NCBI GenBank assembly: GCA_964418185.1
Contig: CAYQKL010000004.1
Span: 25,039 to 89,038, forward strand
Direction of reading: 5' to 3'
Length of the DNA stretch: 64,000 nucleotides
Origin: an uncultured bacterium
Lineage (GTDB): Bacteria > Hydrothermota > Tepidihabitantia > SM23-42 > JAOAFX01
Below are positions 17,170-25,200 of the stretch, piece after piece. Positions within the stretch are counted from its first letter, which is position 1. Each line of letters starts with the position of its first letter. The notes under the pieces were generated by a model. That model was not told where the DNA came from and did no database searches. It worked only from the letters and a program-made list of their open reading frames with translations. The position numbers and the translations under genes were made by a program.

Positions 17170-19197
17170 ATGAACTATCAGCAGACATCATTGCGAAATG
17201 TCCTTAGTTATCTCAATGAAGTTATCCATTCAATTGTTGTGAGATTTCACGCCAGGTCCGCTGCAATATATAGTTTTGATGAAAGAAGAGGGTCGCTAAT
17301 TCTGTTGGCAAGATCTGGAAAATCCTTCAAAGGGAAGAAGTTAGAGAAATTAAAATTGGGGAGAGAACTTCCCCGTGCTATCCTTTCCAAAAGGCATCCG
17401 TTTTTGGTATCAGACAGGAAACCATTCCTCTCTGGTTGCCCTTCTGGTTCATTATTAGCCATTCCGATTTCTAATCATAACAAAATTTATGGATTGTTGT
17501 TGATCCATATTTCTAAACTGACAATTGGTAAGAAGATGATATTAAATCTTAATACCGAGGTAAGGTTGATTGGAATCTGTCTGCGCAGTTTTGATGTTCT
17601 GAGGTCAATGAGTGCTGAGATTACTGGTTTGAAGGTTGTGGATGATATTAATAAGGTAGTGGCATCTGAATTGACCCTTGAAAGGCTTTATCAGAAACTG
17701 TATGACCAGGTGAAGAGAATAGTTCGTGTCAAAAATTTGAGAATTGATTTATTGGAACCTGAAGGAAATCGGATAAAACCGGTGTTTTTTGTCCATAATG
17801 GAAGTTTGATAAGTGGTCATCCGGATATGAATATCAATGATGCCCTTATCCTCGGAGAACTCTATAGAAAACGGAAAGTAATCCTCACTTCTGAATACAA
17901 AAAGTTATACAACAAAAAGATTGATCTGAAATCACATTCAGAAATGGAGGTGGCATCTTTTATTGGCCTTCCCTTAGTCGTGCGTGATAATTTTCTCGGT
18001 GTGATGATGTGCTGGGATAAGAACCGAAAGAATGCCTTTTCCGAACAGACCGTGCGTTTCTTAAAATTAATAGCCAGCCAGTCTGCTATTGCAATCAATA
18101 ATGCCCGACTATTTGACCAGTTGAATAGTGCCATTAACAATCTAACTCTGCTTTATCAAATTGAGTATCACATCAGCAGCATTCTTAGCATTGAAGTTTT
18201 ACTCAGGACTGCAGTCAGTTTAATAGATGCTGCCCTGGGAAACATTATTACGACAATTCTGATTCCTGACGAGGATAATAAAAAACTTGTGATAAAAGCG
18301 ATTTCCCAGAATGCAATTGTCAAATCTGGTTTTGAAACTGTACCAATGTACAGAGGGGTTGTGGGTGAAGCAATGAAGATGAAAAAAGCGATTTATGTTT
18401 CAGAAGCAGAAAAGGATGAACGGTATTTCCCAGCGATTGAGGGTGTGAAGTCAGAACTGGCAATTCCGTTAATAGCCGGTACCAGGATTCTTGGTGTGAT
18501 TGATTTTCAGAGCAAGATCGCAAATCGTTTTGATGTTATGACCCTGGATTTACTTGACGATATTGCCCACCGCATTTCCACTTTCCTTGAAAACGCTATA
18601 TTGTATGAGCGGTTGGAAAAGAGTTATACTGAAACAATCAGAGCACTGGTTCTGGCAATGGAGGCGAAGGATTCATATACGCGGGGTCATTCTGAAAGGG
18701 TGACTGAACTAGCACTCAAACTTGCAGATGAGATGGGATTTACTGACGGCCGAAAAAGGAAGATATACTGGGCTGGGTTGTTGCATGATATTGGTAAGAT
18801 CGGCATTAGTGAGTCAATCCTTAACAAACCCGGACATCTTGATGAATTTGAATTTTCTGAGATCAAGAGGCATCCTGAAGAGGGTGCAAAGATGCTTGAA
18901 CCAATTGAGGGTTTGAAGGAAGTTGTTCCTTTGATCAGACACCACCACGAAAATTTTGATGGCACAGGTTATCCTGATGGTCTTAAGGGAGAGGAAATTC
19001 CGCTGGAATCAAGGATTCTTGCGGTATGTGATGTATTTGATGCGATGACGACAATCCGGTCATACCGAAACCCGTTTTCCAAAGAAGATGCTATTCACGC
19101 AATTAAATTGTTCAGCGGAACACGACTTGACCCGGAGATTGTAAAAGAATTCACAAAGATGATGCAGAAGAAAGGATCAAAAGGGAGAGACAAATGA
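17170..19197 (+). CDS. Multi-GAF + HD-GYP phosphodiesterase
   Basis: 2-3 GAF domains, then EAKDSYTRGHS, LHDIGKIG, HHHENFDGTGYP. Start moved from 17149 (which lies inside the promoter spacer) to ATG 17170. Confidence 0.9.
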   Translation: MNYQQTSLRNVLSYLNEVIHSIVVRFHARSAAIYSFDERRGSLILLARSGKSFKGKKLEKLKLGRELPRAILSKRHPFLVSDRKPFLSGCPSGSLLAIPISNHNKIYGLLLIHISKLTIGKKMILNLNTEVRLIGICLRSFDVLRSMSAEITGLKVVDDINKVVASELTLERLYQKLYDQVKRIVRVKNLRIDLLEPEGNRIKPVFFVHNGSLISGHPDMNINDALILGELYRKRKVILTSEYKKLYNKKIDLKSHSEMEVASFIGLPLVVRDNFLGVMMCWDKNRKNAFSEQTVRFLKLIASQSAIAINNARLFDQLNSAINNLTLLYQIEYHISSILSIEVLLRTAVSLIDAALGNIITTILIPDEDNKKLVIKAISQNAIVKSGFETVPMYRGVVGEAMKMKKAIYVSEAEKDERYFPAIEGVKSELAIPLIAGTRILGVIDFQSKIANRFDVMTLDLLDDIAHRISTFLENAILYERLEKSYTETIRALVLAMEAKDSYTRGHSERVTELALKLADEMGFTDGRKRKIYWAGLLHDIGKIGISESILNKPGHLDEFEFSEIKRHPEEGAKMLEPIEGLKEVVPLIRHHHENFDGTGYPDGLKGEEIPLESRILAVCDVFDAMTTIRSYRNPFSKEDAIHAIKLFSGTRLDPEIVKEFTKMMQKKGSKGRDK

Positions 19198-20051
19198 CAA
19201 GAAGGAAATTTCTGAAGTCTTTAGGATTTATCACAACGATGTTCCTGTCTTTAAAGGATCTGCCAAAAATGTTGTGGGCAGGAAAATGGGAACATTCAAA
19301 AAAGGATTTCTGGAAAGACAAAAAGTTTTTTCAGAAGACAGTTGATATGTCCCATTACCTGGCTGGAAAAATTCGTGCCCGAATTGATGGTAAGTGGCAG
19401 GAATTCTCACTGGTTGAACCATGCAAGGATTTTATTGAATGGAACGCAAAGACACGGGTTGAATTTATTGAAAACATAAAGACCGGCAAAATACCTGAGT
19501 TGGGTGGACCTCACTCAGGGGTCGTTGCAACCTATGGAATGCGCAGATTTGATTCAAATTTTACCCTGAACAATGCAGTCAAGGGCACGGGTCTGGCACC
19601 AAGGGATGAAAAACTTGATGAAGCAATTGAATTACTCAAGACGACTTTTGATAAGACAATGCCAGAAAAAATGGACGTGCTAAAATCAATGTATGAAAAT
19701 GTGGATTTTTTTGATTGGCGCAAACAAACTTCTCTTGAATTGTATACGACCAGAGATTTTGAGACCCACACATTTTTGAACATAATGGAAAATCCAGTAG
19801 CAACAATTGTCTTTATGGATATTCCAACCTATGAATTAAGAACCATCGCCCGAATTGTTCATCCTGAGGACAATGATGTCTTGCCTCATGAAAAAAAATT
19901 GTTGGAGTTCGTTAATCTTGCTCATGAGTATATGCACGGTAAATTTACCCGGGTCTTTCCCTTACTGCTGTTCTATATTGTTGAAGTCTTTGACAATACC
20001 CCGGGTTCAAAGCGGGGTATAAGAGTTGTTCCTGAACGACCTTCAGAGTAA
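19194..20051 (+). CDS. Tat-signal hypothetical protein, possible FMN-binding split-barrel (pyridoxamine 5'-phosphate oxidase-like) fold
   Basis: TRRKFLK twin-arginine motif; SLELY...THTF.N...NP.AT.VF and YELRT.AR patterns. ATGA-coupled to the HD-GYP gene. Confidence 0.55.
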   Translation: MTRRKFLKSLGFITTMFLSLKDLPKMLWAGKWEHSKKDFWKDKKFFQKTVDMSHYLAGKIRARIDGKWQEFSLVEPCKDFIEWNAKTRVEFIENIKTGKIPELGGPHSGVVATYGMRRFDSNFTLNNAVKGTGLAPRDEKLDEAIELLKTTFDKTMPEKMDVLKSMYENVDFFDWRKQTSLELYTTRDFETHTFLNIMENPVATIVFMDIPTYELRTIARIVHPEDNDVLPHEKKLLEFVNLAHEYMHGKFTRVFPLLLFYIVEVFDNTPGSKRGIRVVPERPSE

Positions 20052-20585
20052 GGCAAAATTCTTGATTTTTTCATAAACTGGACCTGAAGGCAAGAGCGTA
20101 GATTTGAAAAGAATAAATTCTTTAACATCAAAAGGTTCTGTTGCGATTGATTTATTGATTATATCATCTACCTTAAAGAATGTTTTTATTCTACCGATAG
20201 TCAAATGGGGATGAAATTTCTTTTCTTCCTTTTTGATGCCACATTGTATCAGGCTATTTTCCAGTTCATCAGCAAGTTTTATCAGATGTTCAGCACCAAT
20301 GGATACTCCAATCCATAGAACCCTTGGGTTCCTTATATTGGGAAAACACCCAGGATTCCCTAGTTGCATTTTGAAACATTTTGTCTTGCCGCTGACGGTG
20401 CTCAATGCGGACTTTATTGAGTCCAATTTCCTTTCGTCAATTTCACCAATGAATTTCAAAGTAATGTGGAGGTTTTCATATGCGACCCATTTTACTGGTA
20501 GATTGTTTTTTTTGTGTGATAAAACAAATTCCCAGATGACTTTTTTCTGAACTTCGGGGATTTCTGTGGCGATGAATGTTCTCAT
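20043..20585 (-). CDS. thpR: RNA 2',3'-cyclic phosphodiesterase (2H family)
   Basis: MRTFIA, LHITLKF, PRVLW, FHPHLTIGR (two HxT motifs). Confidence 0.95.
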   Translation of the reverse strand: MRTFIATEIPEVQKKVIWEFVLSHKKNNLPVKWVAYENLHITLKFIGEIDERKLDSIKSALSTVSGKTKCFKMQLGNPGCFPNIRNPRVLWIGVSIGAEHLIKLADELENSLIQCGIKKEEKKFHPHLTIGRIKTFFKVDDIINKSIATEPFDVKEFILFKSTLLPSGPVYEKIKNFALL

Positions 20586-21061
20586 AAATTTTCTTGAACA
20601 AACTTGATTAATAGTTTCAAAGCACTGATGCAGGTTTTTTTTCTGATATTCTCGCGACTTCCCGAGAACTTGAATTCATGAATTGAAGTAGTATTTTTGC
20701 TGGCAAACGCAATGAATACAAGACCAACGGGTTTTGCTCTGGTTCCACCACCCGGACCGGCAATGCCGGTTATAGAAATACCGATGTCGGTTTTTGTTAC
20801 TCGGCGTACACCTTTTGCCATTTCTCTTGCAGTCTGTACACTTACTGCCCCGAATTTCTTGAGGGTGACTGTTTTTACGCCGGCAATTCGATTTTTGATT
20901 TCATCTGAATAGACAATTATACCACCCTTAAAATATCTGGAACTTCCCGGGATACCTGTGATTATGGCACCTAACATCCCACCAGTGCAGGATTCACAGA
21001 CGCTCAGAGTCAACTTCTTTTTCAATAACAATCTACCTACCAACAGGGCAAGGTTATTCAT
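20582..21061 (-). CDS. CinA C-terminal domain / NMN deamidase (PncC-like)
   Basis: ESCTGGML, PGSS.YF.GG, GAVS, ITGIAGPGGG, KPVGLV. Start moved to ATG 21061 (21079 is a TTG inside the promoter spacer). Confidence 0.9.
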   Translation of the reverse strand: MNNLALLVGRLLLKKKLTLSVCESCTGGMLGAIITGIPGSSRYFKGGIIVYSDEIKNRIAGVKTVTLKKFGAVSVQTAREMAKGVRRVTKTDIGISITGIAGPGGGTRAKPVGLVFIAFASKNTTSIHEFKFSGSRENIRKKTCISALKLLIKFVQENL

Positions 21062-21155
21062 ATTGCTTATTATAATCAATCATTAACACAGGTCAACAAT
21101 TTGATTAAGTATATTGACCTCTTGAACATTTTCATTATAATTCTGACGGAGAAAA

Positions 21156-21659
21156 TTGGTGAAGTGCCCTGAGTGCAAACGTGAGTTTACAGAGAGTGCG
21201 CATTATTGTCCGTTTTGTGGCCACAAATTTGGTTATCCTGATGGTATTGCAAGGGGTTTTGAATGGAAATCAAATGTTGATGTGCTGGGTTACCCGCTTC
21301 TCCACATCGCTATAGGTAAGGATGCAAATGGGAAAATCCGTGTAGCAAAGGGGATTATCGCAATCGGTCAGTTTGGTGTTGGTCTGATAACCATCGCCCA
21401 GTTTGGTGTCGGTTTTCTCTTTGGTATCGGACAATTTATGTTTGGTTTGATAACAATTGGCCAATTCGCAATTGGCATACTTTTTGGCCTTGGACAATTT
21501 GCTACGGGTTATATTGCAATTGGTCAGATTGCCATTGGCTGGTATGCATTATGCCAGCTCGGTTTTGCAAAGTATATATGGTCGCAAAAGATCAGACACC
21601 CGGAAGCTATTGAATTTTTCAGACATTTTTGGCATAAGATTACACATCTTTTTGGTTAA
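21156..21659 (+). CDS. Zinc-ribbon protein with glycine-rich hydrophobic repeats
   Basis: CPECKREF..SAHYCPFCG, then about 7 repeats of G-x-x-x-IGQF-x-x; GGAG SD. Confidence 0.7.
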   Translation: MVKCPECKREFTESAHYCPFCGHKFGYPDGIARGFEWKSNVDVLGYPLLHIAIGKDANGKIRVAKGIIAIGQFGVGLITIAQFGVGFLFGIGQFMFGLITIGQFAIGILFGLGQFATGYIAIGQIAIGWYALCQLGFAKYIWSQKIRHPEAIEFFRHFWHKITHLFG

Positions 21660-21778
21660 CCAGATGGATAGCTGTTTGGGTTTTGCTGCAATTTGTGTCC
21701 TTAGTCGTGGCACCCAGTATGGTTTTTGGTTGGTTATGGTTGGTATTGACATTTTAATGGATTGGAATATCATTATTA

Positions 21779-22207
21779 ATGGAACAAAAAGTAACTGAGG
21801 CAAATCGTATTGTGATACATTATAAAAATGGGAATGTTGCAAAAGGCATAACCCATGACTTTGTGCCCGAGAAACCAAAATTCCATCTTGTGCATCAAGA
21901 TGGTTCCACAGAGGAAATTGATACTGAGTCTTTAAAGGCGGTCTTCTTTGTCAAAACTTACGAAGGCAAAAAGGATTACCAGGAAGTTGGTGGATTTGGA
22001 AAGATTGACCCTGTTACATTCAGGGGAATGAAGATAAAGATTACTTTCAAGGATAATGAGGTTATATATGGTTCAACCCTTGGATATAATAAGACCCGCA
22101 AGGGCTTTTTTGTTCTTCCTGCTGATCCTGAGAGCAATAATCTAAGAATTTATGTGGTTGCCAGTGCAGTAAGAGAAGTAAAATTGGGAAGTCAGGCTGA
22201 ATCGTAA
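21779..22207 (+). CDS. Hypothetical protein, DUF6982-like duplicated domain
   Basis: Two related halves (IHYKNGNVAKGIT.DF.P.KPKFHL and ITFKDNEVIYGST.GY...RKGFFVLP). Family assignment from memory. Confidence 0.5.
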   Translation: MEQKVTEANRIVIHYKNGNVAKGITHDFVPEKPKFHLVHQDGSTEEIDTESLKAVFFVKTYEGKKDYQEVGGFGKIDPVTFRGMKIKITFKDNEVIYGSTLGYNKTRKGFFVLPADPESNNLRIYVVASAVREVKLGSQAES

Positions 22208-22270
22208 ATAACATTCTCGTTTCAAGGTTGGTTTTAGGGCATAACAATCAGTTAAACTTAATAAGGAGGA

Positions 22271-25200
22271 ATGATGAGGCGATTCTTATCTTTTTTTGCT
22301 ATTTTTTTGATACTCTCCTTTTTTTCCTGCCGTAAGCAAGAAAAAAAGGCTATTGATATAACAACCCAGCAGGTTCTTCAGGGCGAGAAGATTCCATTAA
22401 AGATTACCCATATTTCTCCAGTCGGTCCAGTTGAGGCTGGACTTGAGACATTTAAAATCCTCGTTGGTTTTAATCAGGCTATGTCTCCTGTCCAGGCAAT
22501 ACCAAGGGATGAGACCGAAGGACCCTTAGAGTTCTCGATCCCAATAAAAGGGAAATATCGCTGGCTCGGTTCAAGGACACTCGCTTTTATCCCTGCAGAT
22601 ACACTCCAGGCAGCAACAGAATTTACTGTTTTACTAAAGAAAGACAAAATTCAATCCCTTACTGGTATGCGCCTTGAGCGGGATACTTCCTGGAAATTTG
22701 AGAGTGTCAGGCCGACTCTGCTTTCTTCTCAACCTTATCACAATTCAAATTTCATTGATATAAAATCTAAGATTTATCTTTATTTCAATCTTGAGATGGC
22801 ACCGGAAAAAGTAAAAGACAGGATAAAGATATTTGCCAACTATGGACAACCTTCTTATGTCTATTGCGGTCAAAAAAAACCAAAGAATGCACCATACAAA
22901 GAAGAAATTCCCTTCAGTGTCAGGCAGTTGCAGGATAATGAGAAAAAGGACTGGCCACTCAGGGAATGGCAGAATAACCGGACACTAATTCTAACTCCTA
23001 CCCGTCCTTTACCCCAGGAGGCATTGATTGAGGTCTTTATATATCCAGGACTGCTGGCAAAAGATGGCAATTTAGGGACAAACCTTGAGCGAACCATTTC
23101 ATTCAACACATATAACTATCTCAGTCTTTTAAGTCATTCAGCGGAAATTCCCGCAGGTTTTCCTTTACAATTGTGTTTTTCAAATCCAGTTACTGCAAGT
23201 GAGTTGATAAGAAATATGATAATAACCCCGCCACTTGATTCAATACCAGCGCAGTATGAACAGGAGTCATATCCTGAAACGAGAATCTATCTTTATCTTC
23301 CATTCAAACCGAATTCAGATTACTTGATAAAAATTAAAAAGAATTTAAAAGATACATACGGAAATAGTCTAAACCTGGACGGAGATTATGAGTTTTCATT
23401 AAGTGTCGGAGACTATGGTTCTTTTGCGGAAATCCCCACCGGGATAAATATCATGGAAAGAAAGAGTGATTTGAGGTTTCCTGCAACCTTAATCAATGTT
23501 GATAGTGTCTATCTTGAGATGGGGATTATTGGTATTGATCGGGCAATTCCATTTTTGAACGAGAAAAGGATTTTTAACTATTATGAGAAGTTCAATTCGC
23601 CTGGGCTGTTCAATGTCTCAAAAGTGTGGTGGGTTGATGCTTACAAAAAATATCGGAATCAGAAGATAAGGCTTCCCATTGAATTAAAAGAAGTTTTGGG
23701 TGAGAAGAAGGCAGGACTTGTCTTTATCCAGTTTGATAATTTGGGGCAGTATGGCGATAATAGTAATTATCGCTATCTAAAGGCATTATGTGAGGTTAAC
23801 GACATTGGTGTGACCTGGAAGTATTCACCCGAGAATAATCTTGTCTGGCTTACTTCGCTCAATAATACTGCACCACTAACAAATGCCCTGGTGCAGTTTC
23901 GTAATGATAGGAATCAGGTTCTGGCACAAGGCTATACCGACGCAAAAGGATTTTTAGAGTTACCAGGCTGGGCTGAATTGAAAATGGTACAGGAGAGAGG
24001 GAACTATGAATATGAGAGTGAATACGAAATGGAGTCATATACAAGTTATTATGAACCAAAGTTCTGGCTCACAGTTTCGAAAGACGAAGATGTAGCAGTT
24101 TATTCTAATAGGTGGAACTTTGGTATTGATCCCTGGCGGTTTGATATTTCCTATAACTGGAATATAAGGTCTGAGGAATATGGATGTGACATCTTTACTG
24201 AAAAGGGACTATATAAAAATGGTGAGACTGTTCATATAAAGGGAATTCTACGCAAGAAAAAAATGGGAGAGTGGGTACTGCCGGATTTAAGCAGGGTCGG
24301 TTTTGTCATCAGAAATTCACGGGACGAGGTGATTGTTAGTGATACACTATCAATAAATTCATTCGGCGCCTTTTTCAGAGATGTCTATATTTCTGAAGAT
24401 GCACCGACTGGATACTATTCAATCCGTGTCTATCTCTTAAAGAAGGACTATAGTTTTTCACATTCATTTCGGGTTGAGGCATTCAGGCCTGCAGAGTTTG
24501 AAGTAAAGTGTTTCGCAGAGAATGATACATTCATTGCCGGTGAACAATTCAAGGGCAGGATAGAAGCACGATATCTCTTTGGCATGCCAATGGTAAATGC
24601 TGAGGCGAACTGGGTGCTTTATAAAGATTACTACCATGTCAGCTATCCTCAATATAGTGGATACAGTTTTGGTGCAGTTTATGATTATGATATTCTCGGT
24701 GTCCTTGGTTCCGCAAGGGCGAGACTTGATAATCAGGGAAAGTGCTATGTCAACATTAAACTTAATCTTAAGGATATTAAGACTCCTTCAGTCATTACCC
24801 TTGAGGGGACCGTCGTCGCGCCAAACAATCAGACTTTATCAGGAAGGCAGAACTGGCTTGTATTTCCGTCAAATCTGCTCATTGGGATGAAGACAACAAG
24901 GTATCTTTATACAATTAACACCCCGGTTGAACTGAAATTTGTTACAATAAGACCATCTGGCGAAAGGGTCGCCAATAAGAAAATAGATCTGAAATTTGTG
25001 AAGGTCGAATGGAAATCAATAAAGAAGGCGAGGCTTGGGGGCAGGTATGAGTGGGTCTCTGAATGTGTTGAAAATGAGATAAGGAAGGAGCAGGTGACGA
25101 GTCAGATTGATTCAACTGTTGTTAGATTCACCCCGGATAAACCAGGTTATTACTATGTAGAGGCAAGTGCAAAAGATGAAAAGGGAAGGCAATGTTTTAA

